A stretch of DNA of 64,000 bases, taken from contig OX597841.1 of NCBI GenBank assembly GCA_951406725.2, positions 7,564,001 through 7,628,000 of the forward strand, in the 5' to 3' direction. A program made the position numbers and the translations under genes. Of this stretch, positions 1-14,263 are shown piece by piece (position 1 is the first letter of the stretch; each line of letters opens with the position of its first letter). The DNA comes from Octopus vulgaris. Lineage: Eukaryota. Below the pieces are notes generated by a model. The model searched no databases and was not told the DNA's origin. It saw nothing but the letters and a program-made list of their open reading frames with translations.

Positions 1-492
1 ATTACGGTGGGAGTGTTCTAGAAGAGGTGGGAACTAATCGAACCCCTACAACAGACACACACACAATACCATAGCTTCACCATACCATAGCCCGATGCCC
101 CAAATGAATAAGGACTATTTAGTGTTGGAATATCAAAGATTCTGGTGCCGCATTGAAGCGGTTGTTGAAACGAAATTCGGATTCTGTGAATTACTTTTTA
201 GGAAAACTTATCGGGAACATGCGCCGAATCTTTGATGAAAATACTTTTCAGTTTTCTCAGATTAAAGTCGTTTTATAAAATTACCGAATATATATTCCAA
301 TACCTTTCGTATTTTGCGCTTGTGTGTGCGTCCGCGTTTGTGTGTGTATGTGCTAATTAAGCGTGTGTGTGTGTGCATGATGTGTGTGTACACAGTGAGA
401 CACCATCTACAGGCATATTCAGTTTCAAAATGTGACGAGTAGGAGCTGTGAGTTCAAAAATTTAAGAACGCACACATACACACATACGTATT

Positions 493-543
<51 letters not shown>

Positions 544-822
544 ATGTGTGTATTGCATGTATGTGTATATGTAAATGTATATGGAAATTTATATATATAA
601 ATATATACGCTCGTATATATTGTACATCTATCTCAGTCTATCTATCTATCTATCTATCTATCTATATCTATATATGTGTATGTGTGTGTGTGCGTGTGTG
701 TATGATGTAAATATTTATACTTGCACACATGTATACGAATATGCCTGTATATATGTATATATATATATATACGTTCATATATATATGTGTATATACATAT
801 ATAAATATATAATGTCTGTCTG

Positions 823-861
<39 letters not shown>

Positions 862-959
862 AAGTATTTATATGTACATGAACGTATATATATATATATA
901 CATATATATATGTATATATATGCATGTATATATGTATGTATATCCATATGAACATATAC

Positions 960-1013
<54 letters not shown>

Positions 1014-1171
1014 GCATATATACACATACACATATATATACACAGAGATACACACGCGTACATACGTGGTGAATTTTATGCTTTCTTTTGAAGTTGGTTC
1101 TTCAATCCCTCGCTGCTCAAAGAGTCTCTGGTTATTCTCCAGGTGACGAAAAGATGAAAAGCTGATAAATG

Positions 1172-1173
<2 letters not shown>

Positions 1174-1225
<52 letters not shown>

Positions 1226-1256
1226 ACATACACACACACACACACACATACACACA

Positions 1257-1333
<77 letters not shown>

Positions 1334-1346
1334 ACATACACACACA

Positions 1347-1386
<40 letters not shown>

Positions 1387-1410
1387 TACACACACATACA
1401 CACATACACA

Positions 1411-1449
<39 letters not shown>

Positions 1450-1493
1450 ACACACACATACACACACACACACACACATACATAGACACACAC

Positions 1494-1522
<29 letters not shown>
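1174..1522. repeat. (CA)n microsatellite with CATA interruptions
   Basis: Read directly. It lies within a broader TA/CA/CATA/GATA/GACA microsatellite mosaic spanning about 470-2075. Confidence 0.95.
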
Positions 1523-1524
<2 letters not shown>

Positions 1525-1701
1525 GATGCGCGTTTGCACCGCACACAGGCACACATAGACACTCAAGCATTCACGTGTGTAGACACATACACCAATGCAC
1601 ACATTTACGCACATACAAGCAACTATATAAATGATATATATATATATATATATATATACATACATACATACATACATACATACGTACATACATACATACA
1701 T

Positions 1702-1786
<85 letters not shown>

Positions 1787-1837
1787 CATATATTTAATAT
1801 ATATATACAGAAACCCACACAGATAGACAGAGAGATC

Positions 1838-1915
<78 letters not shown>

Positions 1916-2036
1916 GAGGAGAGAGAAAGAAGACAAACAGAAAAATTGATAGATCGATACATAGATAGATGAATAATAGTGTGTGTGTGTATACATAGAG
2001 AGGGTGGGGGAGAGGGAGGGAGAGAGAGAGAGAGGA

Positions 2037-2069
<33 letters not shown>

Positions 2070-2518
2070 TAGATAGAAAAACATCGACGTATTGCTGCAA
2101 CGAATTGTTCAGACAGTGAAACAGACAGCCATGGGTCCGCACAGACAGACAAACGGATTCCCACCCGTCCCCCACACCCACTGCGAAGCCGCTCAGCACC
2201 CTTGTTGCACCACAGACCAGACATGTCCATGAATGATGGAGAGGAATTAACGGTATTATCGTTACAATGGCTTCTAGAAACAAACCTGAATAGCACAGAC
2301 GCCATTTTCTAACATGGCGGAAATGCTGGCACCGTGATGTATTGTGAGAGCTGTCTTAATGGTAGCGACGGTGGGGATAGTGTTGGTGGGGGAGGTGGGG
2401 AGAGCGAAGTTGTTTGTTGCGGTGGCAAGGTTTTTTTTTCCTGACCGTGGTTGTGGCAGCTGTATTGGTGATTGTATAGGAAGCAAGAGCGGTGCCTGTG
2501 TATATGTATGTATATGTA

Positions 2519-2588
<70 letters not shown>

Positions 2589-2589
2589 G

Positions 2590-2625
<36 letters not shown>

Positions 2626-2667
2626 TTATCTATCTATGTATCTATCTATCTAAGTATCTCTCTCTAT

Positions 2668-2737
<70 letters not shown>

Positions 2738-2766
2738 AAATAAGCAACAAGAATATCTTCGGTAAT

Positions 2767-2852
2767 TTGGTATGATCGTTTCACGCTACATCATTTTATT
2801 AAACATTGTAAGCATTACAACAGTTTTAAAATGTTGAGCAATCATCAGCCAA
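2767..2852 (-). ncRNA. Degenerate hammerhead ribozyme motif with long stem II (PLE pseudo-LTR type)
   Basis: Minus strand reads TTGG-CTGATGA-[~60-nt imperfect stem II]-GAAAC-GATC-ATA-CCAA. Stem I is TTGG/CCAA. The cleavage triplet appears mutated (GTA>ATA). It lies 3' of the GIY-YIG relic on the same strand. Confidence 0.5.
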
Positions 2853-3029
2853 TTTATAGACTACATAAAGGTCACCAACTGCCTACCCTGAGTAATTACT
2901 GTCTGATATGTATGTATGTAATTAAGAAATGAGTTCTTGGTATGTTACATCAGGTAATTCAAAGTAAGGAGCATGAAATTCCTTAAAAAAAGAATAATCA
3001 TTCATAAATTCTAAGAATGTTTTAAATAA

Positions 3030-3420
3030 GTGTGAACGGGAGATTAATAATTCGTTATGCATATTAAGTTTTATATACTATTGAAAATTTCAAGTGATCT
3101 ACTGGGAACAAATTACAGCTAACACCACCCCATATGTAAAGAAGAGCACCACCTGTCATGGACCATGAAATGGAGTAGTTTCTATTGCCTCCTTTTAAGG
3201 TCTGAGGTTAACTTGGCCAACATAGTGAAGTTTTCTTTTGTATTTAAAGGAATGAGCATGATTATATTAATCTGGTATTGAATTTCAAGGCAAAAAAACC
3301 TTCCTTATAATGGTCACACTCGAGTATTTTGAGCGAGCACTTGCCTATTAGACATCGTTTATCTAAAGGACAGTTGTCACGGTTCCTACAATTGCATATT
3401 TTATGGCAGAAGAGGCCTTA
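3030..3420 (-). pseudogene. Decayed Penelope-like element GIY-YIG endonuclease fragment
   Basis: Minus-strand translation gives KICNCRNRDNCPLDKRCL and YNHAHSFKYKRK. These match [16 protein letters not shown] and [15 protein letters not shown] in the 9874-10590 ORF. Frameshifted. Confidence 0.7.
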
Positions 3421-3816
3421 TTCTATTTCTGTTAATGCTATTACTCAAAGAAGATACCGTGTTATTACTTTTATGTTAGGTTCCTCACCGTTGTATAAAA
3501 AATTACCAATGTTCTCGGAATCAAACACCCAACGAAAGAACTAAAATACATAATATAAATACCAGTTAGAAAATTGTAGAAGATTCGTAAATTTTAATAA
3601 CTGATGAGTTGCATCATATAATCATTCTTATTTGATATTTGTGAGTCCGTATCCACGTTCTGAATTCAAATTCCACCAAGCTTGATTTCCCTTTAATGTT
3701 TCCGAGATCGATAACATGAAATACCAGTTCAGCATCAGGATCAATGTAATCGACCTACCCACTTCCCCGAAATTGCTGGCCTTGTGCTAAAATTTGACAC
3801 CGATATCTTATTTAAA

Positions 3817-4610
3817 GGCGGCGAGCTGGCAGAGACGTTAGCACGCCGGGCGAAATGCTCAGCAGTATTTCGTCTGTCGCTACGTTTTGAGTTCAAATTC
3901 CGCCGAGGTCGACATTGCCTTTCATCTTTTCGAGGTCAATTAAATAGTACCAGTTACGCCTATCCTTGTTTGTCTATCCTTGTTTGCCTATCCTTGTTTG
4001 CCTATCCTTGTTTGCCTATCATTGTTTGTCCTCTCCTTGTTTGCCTAACCTTGTTTGTCTATCCGTTTGCCTATCCTTGTTTGTCCTCTCCGTGTTTGGC
4101 CCCTTGTGGGTAGTAAAGAAATATGTATTTCGTCTACCGATACGGTCTGAGTTCAAATTCCGCCGAGGTCGACTTTGCCTTTCATCTTTTCGAGGTCGAT
4201 TAAATAAGTACCAGTCGATATAATCGACTTAATCCGTTTGTCTATCCTTGTTTGTCCTCTCCGTGTTTAGCCCCTTGTGGGTAGTAAAGAAATAGGTATT
4301 TCGTCTACCGATACGGTCTGAGTTCAAATTCCGCCGAGGTCGACTTTGCCTTTCATCTTTTCGAGGTCAATTAAATAGTACCAGTTACGCACTGGGGTCG
4401 ATATAATCGACTTAATCCGTTTGTCTATCCTTGTTTGTCCTCTCCGTGTTTAGCCCCCTGTGGGTAGTAAAGAAATAGGCATTTCGTCTGTGTTTACGTT
4501 CTGAGTTCGAATTCTGCCAGACTCTGCTTTGCCTTTCATCCATTCGGGGCCGATAAAATAACTACCAGTTGAGAACTGGGGTCGCTATATTTGACGAACC
4601 TCCTTCGCAG
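3817..4610 (+). mobile_element. tRNA-derived SINE family A: one head plus about 4 tandem bodies, with an internal 14-bp CCTATCCTTGTTTG repeat
   Basis: Head GGCGGCGAGCTGGCAG, B-box GAGTTCAAATTCC, and core GCCTTTCATC..GAGGTCGAT..AGTACCAG recurring at about 3900, 4160, 4331 and 4513. Same family as 15673-17776. A degenerate body also lies at 3645-3800. Confidence 0.85.
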
Positions 4611-4818
4611 AAATAATGCTATAATTGGAAACCCATATATTACACTTCGCATTCCGTTTTTTTTTTTCTTATGTGAAATTTTTTTTCAGACAGTCGAAAA
4701 AAAAACAGTCAGTTGAAAAACACAAAAGCGTGCACGTACACACACACAAGGACGACACACATATATATATTAAAAACATACAATTGTACGTATATACATG
4801 CAAGGGGAAGGTGATATG

Positions 4819-4892
<74 letters not shown>

Positions 4893-4898
4893 GTATAG

Positions 4899-4943
<45 letters not shown>

Positions 4944-5154
4944 TATATATATATAGACATACACGCATATGTGTATATATACATATATACACATATATAA
5001 ATATACTTACATATGTATACGTGCGTGCGTGTGCGTGTGTCTGTGTGTGTGTGTGTGTGTGTGAAACTATGTGTGTGTTTTCGCGTGCGGCGGTCTCCAA
5101 CGTTGTTCACAGAGGACACATGGGAAAGAAACCAAAGAATACCGGAACACACAT

Positions 5155-5224
<70 letters not shown>

Positions 5225-5260
5225 CCCCATGTGTGTGTATGTATGCACAGGTAAATATAT

Positions 5261-5294
<34 letters not shown>

Positions 5295-5311
5295 TAGATA
5301 TAGATATATAG

Positions 5312-5350
<39 letters not shown>

Positions 5351-5365
5351 TAGATACACACGCAT

Positions 5366-5416
<51 letters not shown>

Positions 5417-5566
5417 CATATTTCCTTATTTATCTATGAACGTTCATAACATCCTTTGGGAGTGTGTGTATGTGTGTGCATGCAATGCGTGCGTGGTCCA
5501 TATACACTCACTGACACTGATATATATATACGTATGCATATACATACACACACTCACTCACATATA

Positions 5567-5611
<45 letters not shown>

Positions 5612-6235
5612 CACATGTATGTATGTAATTGCGTAAGTGTGTGTGTGTGTGTGTGTGTACGTGGGTATCTATGAGTGTGTATACATATGCTTGTTTTCTC
5701 TCTCTCTTTATCTATCTATCTGACTGTCTGTCTGTCCGTCTGTCAGTCTGTCTTTCTGTCTATTTATCTATCTATCTACGTAGGTACATATATAGAAAAG
5801 ATCATTCAACAGTCAATACAGATAAATGTAATTAAACGCAGAAAACTTGGGGCGATCATCGCCTAATTAGGTAGTGTTAATTTTATTAAAATGGCGTATT
5901 TGAACTTTTAGTAGAAGAGTCAAAAAATCATGTCGGTTGAGATGGAAGTGGTGGCGGCGGAGATGTATGCGGCACCGTTTAATACATTTTCCGTTATCTG
6001 TTTCATTTCACGTGTGGGCGGCGTGTGTGCGTACACATAAACATATACATACATACATACATACGTAAGTACATACGCACACACACACACACATGCACAC
6101 ACACATTTACATATATATGTGTATATGCATGTATGTATGTATGTATGTATGTATGTATGTATGTATGTATGTATGAATATATATGTTTATACACGTATTA
6201 ATAAACGTAACTGCTCATGTAACTATACGCACTTA

Positions 6236-6266
<31 letters not shown>

Positions 6267-6280
6267 TCATATATATATAG

Positions 6281-6392
6281 TAGAGGAAATGAGGTACTCA
6301 GAAATGTGGATTGTTTTATATTTATAGATATGTATTAATAAAAATCTGTAAATATAAAACCATCCACATTTCTGAGTACCTCATTTCTTCTA
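6281..6392. repeat. Fold-back inverted repeat (about 49-bp arms) between TA tracts
   Basis: TAGAGGAAATGAGGTACTCAGAAATGTGGAT... pairs with ...ATCCACATTTCTGAGTACCTCATTTCTTCTA. The right arm is homologous to 9305-9352. Confidence 0.9.
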
Positions 6393-6439
6393 TATATATA
6401 CTGTATATCATCTCCAAAGTTCCTAATATATATAGATAT

Positions 6440-8717
6440 TTTTTATTTTTTATTTTTATCTAGTTTCAGCTCACAAGCTGTGGCCATGCTGGGGCACCGC
6501 CATTCGGTGTTGCTACATGATTTTACTTCACGAATGCTTTTTAGCAATTGCCATTTGGTGCATGAGAGAGTTCGATGCGGCTGCCCTCATCTGCACCTCC
6601 TGCCGTGAAGTTGGTTCATCTGAGACACCTGACAAGAAGAGTTCCAGTTTTAAATTAAAGACATCTGCATCCACCCCGTGCAGGTCTCTTAGGTTCTTCG
6701 GGAGGATATTGAAGAGCTGTGGGCCTCGGAAGCCCAGGCTATCACAGTATCTTGTCCTACATCTTGATGGCAAGTTTGGAGTCCTAGGCACCACGCAGTG
6801 GCGCCCAGTTCTGGCATTTGTGTAACTCTCGATGCCAAAGTTTGGGACAAGTCCTTCCAGGATCTTCCAGATGTATATTATGGCATATCTTTCTCGCCTA
6901 CGCTCTAAGGAATAGAGTCTCAATCTCTTGAGTCTTTCCCAATAGCTTATATGCTGCACAGAGGCTATCATCTTCGTGTAGCTTCGTTGGATCGCCTCAA
7001 GTTCTGTGATTAACTTGACACTAGATGGTGACCATAGCTGAGAGCAATAGTCAAAGTGATTTAGGACAAGTGTCCTCCAGAGGACCATCATGGTTTCCTG
7101 GTCTCTTGTTCTAAAGGTTCTAAGAATCCATCCGGTCAGCCGCCTACATTTCATAGCCAATTTAGCAACATGCACATGAAAGGTTGCATCATCCCTCATG
7201 TAAATACCCAGGTCTCGCACTGATTGTGCCTCTGGGATTGCAATCCCTCCAGGTCCAGTGTATTTATTGGGTATTGCATTTAGTTTTGCATGCTGATAGC
7301 ATAAAGCTTGAAACTTTTCAGCATTGAACTGCATGCTATTCTTTTCAGCCCACTTGTATATTTTGTCCAGCCCCCATTGCATGTGCTTAGTGTCTTCAGG
7401 GTTCTGTACTGCCTGTGAAACTTTTGTATCATCTGCATAACTTGTGATCGTGGCTCTCTGCGTGGCTGAGGGCATGTCTGAGAGTGCCATTATGAACAGT
7501 AGTGGTCCCAAAACTGCCTTGCGGAACACTGCTCACTATTTGCGTGTTAATAGCTACTACCACCTGATTCCCAATTTTCCAACTATGCCAAGAACACGCA
7601 GTTTGTGACATATCATTCCATGGTCGACTTTATCAAAGACCTTGGCAAAGTCGAGATATATGACTTCCACATTTGAGTGGTTGAGCAGTCGTTTCAGCAC
7701 CCAGTCATAGTGTTGTAGGAGCTGAGTTAAGCAGCTTCTTCCTGGTCGGAAACCATGTTGGGCGTCAGGCAGCAAGTCATTTTCTTCAAGGAAGGTGATT
7801 GGTTTCCTTCTGACTATTCGTTCCATGATCTTGCTGATGTGTGAGGTCAGAGAGATAGGTCTGTAGTTCTTGGCCTCCGCTCTGCTACCTCCTTTATGAA
7901 TAGGGCATATTTCACCTTCCTTCAGTTTTCTTGGGAGTTTACCAGTTGCAAGGAAACTCTGAAAGAGGAACTGCAGTGGTCTTGCTAGGACTCTCTTACA
8001 TACTTTTAGAAGGATTGCTGGGAATCCATCGGGGCCAGTAGCTGAGTTTGTTTTCATTTCATCAATAGCCTTTATTACATCGTCTTCCTTTATATTGTTG
8101 TAATCAATCATCGCTGCCTTTGATTTTATATCTGCAGTGGTAAAGAAGTCAGTTGGATTGCTGACTTGAAAATGCCCGAGGGGTGGAGTGAAAATACTCT
8201 TGAATTGCTCATTTAGTATTTCACTTACCCTCATTGGATTTCCTGTGAGTGTACCATCCTTTTCAAGGAGTGGCCCTATCCTACAGTGAACCGTAGCTGT
8301 TTCTTTGGCATACCTGTAGAAAGCTCTGGGATTAGATTTTATGTTGTCTATAGCCCAGGCTTCTTTGTCTGCTCTTTCTTTTTCATGGGAGAGTTGAAGA
8401 CATTTTTCAATTTCCAACAGTTTTATTTTCAGGCGGGACTTTTCATTGCTTTCAATTTGTTTGTTTAGGCGATTTGAAACTTTTGTACGCCGTCTCATTA
8501 GAATTTTCCTCTCTCTGGGGATTTTGCTCTTGTGTACAGTGGCCTTTCTCTCTGGGACACATTTGTAGCATATGGCTTGCATTACAGACATGAATTGTTG
8601 AAGTTTCATGTCGATGTCTGGCGAGGATAGACATTCAGGCCAGTTTTGTTTGAGGATCTCTTTCTCAATTTGTTTCCAGTTTGCCTTTTGGAAGTTCAGG
8701 CTGGAAAGATTCTCAGG
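6440..8717 (-). mobile_element. 5'-truncated CR1-group LINE, RT pseudogene (ORF pieces 7557-8609 and 6528-7529)
   Basis: RT motifs GPDGFP, NYRPISLTS, QHGFRPGRSCLTQL, YLDFAKVFDKVDH, VPQG/VLGPLLF, YADDTK and DYCSQLWSP. Deletion or frameshift near 7530-7560. Short 3' UTR ending GCTGAAACTAGA(TAAAAA)n. Confidence 0.93.
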
Positions 8718-8727
8718 TATATATATA

Positions 8728-9066
<339 letters not shown>

Positions 9067-9111
9067 TACACATACATATATATATACATACATACGTACA
9101 TACATACATAC

Positions 9112-9209
<98 letters not shown>

Positions 9210-9348
9210 ACTTAGTCTGATTTGAAAACCCCACTAGAATGGGAGAGAGCGCTAATACATGATTTAAGTTATATGATGTATAAAAAATGTAATATACAAA
9301 TAAATATCTGTAAATATAAAACATCCGATTTTCTGAGTACTTCATTTC

Positions 9349-9401
<53 letters not shown>

Positions 9402-9419
9402 ATACATATATATATACAG

Positions 9420-9458
<39 letters not shown>

Positions 9459-9490
9459 CATATATATTACATACATATATATATATATAC

Positions 9491-9527
<37 letters not shown>

Positions 9528-9529
9528 TT

Positions 9530-10585
9530 GATAAAACGGTAAGATAACAAAAGAAAGAAAGAGACCTCAATATTATGTAAATAGAGGAAATTTATCTATG
9601 CAATATGTTACATTACTCGGTAGTCAAGATAAAACTCTGAGTTTCAGATGCCGAAGTGGAAATCCACAACACCATCTCTTCGGTTATCTGGCTATTTGAA
9701 AACATTATGAAAAAATACCGTTAAATAAAAGGAAATTACTCTGTTATAACTCTGCTTGCCTGCGTACTTATACATCGCTCGCATTTTTCGTCATAAAAAT
9801 TATATAAAAATACGTAAAAAATATATAAAAATATATAAAAATTCTTCTTGGGACATAACATAGAAAGCATGTTCTATCTGTTTTCTTTAGGGGACCAAAA
9901 ACGTAACAGAAATTTAGTCACATGTGGGCATGATCCGAAAAGCTCTGTCCTTGTATTTAGACATGTAGTAGGGTCTAAGCTGCTTTTCCAGATAAGCCAT
10001 CTCTCCATGTCGCATAGACCGCACCTTCCGCTGCCGTTAGTATAGGGCTTACATCTGGCCAAAATCTTCCATTGTATGTTATAATCGACACCTTTATCTC
10101 TTAAAGACCAAATATGATTAGACAATTGTGTCGCTTTTCTTTTGTTCCAGTGCCTAAAGCTCAAAGTGTGGTTATTGAACCTGGCCTTGAAATTACCCTC
10201 TGTAAGGCCCACGTATTTCTTCGTCGAAACGGTGTCTTTAGTGGTTATAGAGTTTACGGTAGCTTCATATATGATGGTCTTGGACATGCAAGCTCCATTT
10301 AGCGGGCACAATTCTTTATTCCTGCATGAACAGCTGTTTTCTTCTTGTGTTTTTTGTATGTTATGTGTGATTATGTTTTTAAAATTGGTAGTTGAACTAA
10401 AACTAATTTTTAAATTGTGTCTATTGAAGAGTTTCCTATAAGTATGGTTAACTGGAAAATGTCTATCTATCAGTGCTAGGAAATATTTACCTATATTGAA
10501 GGCCACCTCGGGTGAGTAAGGGGGCGTAAACCAGATGACCTTCCTATTTCTATTATTCCTTTTCCTTACTGTTGGGATAGTGATA

Positions 10586-10590
<5 letters not shown>
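9530..10590 (-). mobile_element. 5'-truncated Penelope-like element (RT C-terminus, CxCx5C linker, GIY-YIG EN, 3' pseudo-LTR), inserted in (TA)n
   Basis: Coding part 9874-10590 reads VIWFTPPYS...[59 protein letters not shown]. The N-terminus of the 280-aa ORF call is translated TA repeat. (TA)n flanks both sides. Confidence 0.9.
9627..9689 (-). ncRNA. Hammerhead ribozyme motif in PLE pseudo-LTR
   Basis: Minus strand reads AGATAA-CCGAAGA-GATG...CATC-T-GAAAC-TCAGA-GTT-TTATCT. Stem I is 6 bp and stem III is near-palindromic. U4>C variant core. Confidence 0.65.
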
Positions 10591-10679
<89 letters not shown>

Positions 10680-10689
10680 CATACATATA

Positions 10690-10900
10690 TATATTGTTGT
10701 ATTTCGGAACGGTCATTTTGCCAGTTTAGCCAATAAAACACACGCACTATATATTTGGTGTTACTTTGCTTCAGTGTTATTTATTTTTCACATTAAACTT
10801 ATTTCGACCAGAGTTCTTTCGTCACACTCCTGTGACCGCATCAGCGGTCCTTTGTTTTCTTCTTTCTTATTTGTGTATCTCTCCTTACTAACCGTCAGCC
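10690..10900 (-). mobile_element. TA-flanked short element (PLE pseudo-LTR-like) carrying a hammerhead at 10806-10849
   Basis: Minus strand reads GACCG-CTGATGC-G-GTCACA-GGAG-TGTGAC-GAAA-GAAC-TC-TGGTC. Region 10690-10790 recurs inverted at about 61250-61350. Confidence 0.7.
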
Positions 10901-10902
10901 AT

Positions 10903-10933
<31 letters not shown>

Positions 10934-11076
10934 TATATATTATATTATATCATATTATATATATGTACACACCGTTTCCGATGAAGGGATATATAAAACA
11001 TATAAAATAGATATAAGACCTCTTTATAAATGTTGTGAAATCTTTCGCAACCTTGGATTTTTATCTCATTCTTTTA

Positions 11077-11157
<81 letters not shown>

Positions 11158-11258
11158 TATATATACATATATATATATATATAAGATCTATATATATATA
11201 TATAAGATCTATATATATATACATATATATATATATATGTATACAGTACAACTATATA

Positions 11259-11310
<52 letters not shown>

Positions 11311-11600
11311 TATATTTCTATTCTTACGTTTACAAGTCTGCTCACAGGTATTTGCGCATCTATGTTTTTGCAACTGCGAGTGAGTATCTGCACATGTCTT
11401 TATGCAATGAATAATGTTGCATGCGTGCACAAGCGTGCAGTTGTGTGCATGTGTGCATATACATGTGTTGTGCTGTGGAGAGGGATGTTAGTGTGTGTGC
11501 ATCTGCTACATTGGTGGTGGACAGCTATTCGTGAAAGTGTGTTTTGGTGGTGCATACATGTCTGTATCAACGTTGCAATATATATTAGATCTATACATAC

Positions 11601-11646
<46 letters not shown>

Positions 11647-11656
11647 CATATATATA

Positions 11657-11697
<41 letters not shown>

Positions 11698-11725
11698 TAG
11701 TGTTTGTGTGTGTGTATGTATGAAT

Positions 11726-11762
<37 letters not shown>

Positions 11763-11772
11763 AGTCTGTCTG

Positions 11773-11918
<146 letters not shown>

Positions 11919-11952
11919 ATCGATCTATCTATCTATCTATCTATCTATCTAT

Positions 11953-12015
<63 letters not shown>

Positions 12016-12170
12016 CGAAGCAAGTAAGTAATGAGCTACATAACTCTATGTCTGTCTGCCTGCTTATCTGAACCGAAACCAGTTCCCTACATCCCGTGGT
12101 ATTTCTGTACCTAAATACACACGCACACACAGACACTAACATGTATATACAACAAACAAATATATATATG

Positions 12171-12213
<43 letters not shown>

Positions 12214-12221
12214 ACACACAC

Positions 12222-12261
<40 letters not shown>

Positions 12262-12766
12262 ATGTATGTATATATATATACACACACACGCGCACATACA
12301 TATGTATATATGTTCTCACATTCACATGCAAACACCACCAAACTCGCCACTTCGATCCCTACACCATTCTTCGTGTAAACGTTCTCCCTATCAACCACCA
12401 CCACCACCACCACCACCACCACTAATGCAACCAACACCATCGCCGCCACTACCGTCACCTGTTGATCGCCGTCGCCGTGCTCTCACCATTCATGCAATCA
12501 ACTCGATGTACTCACCCACACCTGAGACAAGTTCCTCAACTTACACTAATGAAATATCTCCTCATCTAAACAAGAAGTTCTACTTTAACTAATTAAACCG
12601 AATGAAAATTAAAAGAAACAAATATTTATATATGCATGAAAACAAAGATATATATATATATATATTATATATATGTGTGCGTGTGTGTGTGTTTATATAT
12701 ATGTATGTATATGTATATAAACATATATGTGTGTGTATATATATGTATAAGTATATAAATATATGC

Positions 12767-12803
<37 letters not shown>

Positions 12804-12926
12804 TACACACAGAGACACAGAGAGATAGAGAGAGGTAGGGGAAGTAGAGAAACACACACACACATAAATATATACATCCATTAATAAATACATGTACGTA
12901 TATATATATATATATATATATATGCA

Positions 12927-12974
<48 letters not shown>

Positions 12975-13475
12975 CATATATATATGTGTATAAATTCACA
13001 CACACACACACATATATATATATTTATACATACATACATACATACATACATACGTACATACATACATACATACATACATACATACATACATACATACATA
13101 CATACATACATGCATACATATATGAGTGTGTGTATATGTAGTCATGTGTGTATGTGTGTACATCAGCTAATTAGCTAACAAACGTCACTTGAAATTGAAC
13201 CAACGAACTTGCTGAGAGCACGTGGAATTTTCTGCAGTGGTGATAGTTGTATGTAGGCGTCTGTATGTGTGTGTGTGTGTGTGTTTACGTGTTTATATAA
13301 CTCGTCTGTTGTCACTTCAAGTTGAAAAGAATTAAATTAGATGAACTCCGATCAGTTCTAAGAGTATCTATGAAGGTGTTTGTGTGGATGTGTGTGCGTC
13401 GGTGGCGGAAGTTGTTTATTGCCGTGTTCCTGTAGCTCGTTTGTGTGTGTGCGTAATATTTATATATAAATAGAT

Positions 13476-13506
<31 letters not shown>

Positions 13507-13753
13507 TATATATATTATAGATATACACATATATACAGATACAAAGAGACACACAGACAGACAGACAGAAAACAACTTATAGGTGTAGGCACACACACAC
13601 ACAAGTTCATCTGTCTATAAACAAGCATATATATATACATATACGTACATTCATAAATACATACCTACCTACATATATACATACACACACACCCACACAC
13701 ACACACACACATATATATAAATATTTGTTTAGATACATATATACGTATGTAAG

Positions 13754-13756
<3 letters not shown>

Positions 13757-13787
<31 letters not shown>

Positions 13788-14226
13788 TGTATGTATGTAT
13801 GTATGTATGTATGTATGTATGTGTGTGTGTATGTATGTATGTACGTATTTATGTATGTATGTATGTATGTTTGTATGTATGTATGTATGTATGTATGCAT
13901 ATATGCATGTTTGCATGTATGTATGTATGTATGTATGTATGCATGTATGCATGTATGTATATATATACGTACGTATGTATGTATGTGTGTATGTACCATA
14001 ATTACGTATGTATGTGTGTATGTGTTTATGTATGCATGTATGTATGTACGTACGTATGTATGTGTGTGTGTATGTATGTGTGTATATAAGTATGTATGCA
14101 TGCATGTATGTATGTATGTATGTATGTATGTATGTATACATGTATGTATGAATGTATGTATGCATGTATGTATGTATGTATTTCTGTATGTATGTATGTA
14201 TGTATGTATGTATGTATGTATGTATG

Positions 14227-14263
<37 letters not shown>

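Noticed and set aside
2082-2312. Plus-strand open frame ending DGEELTVLSLQWLLETNLNSTDAIF, faintly like the Fox-family 'ELTxLxWL' motif
   Set aside because: The resemblance is short and is followed by a stop. There are no clear splice sites and no forkhead exon in the window.
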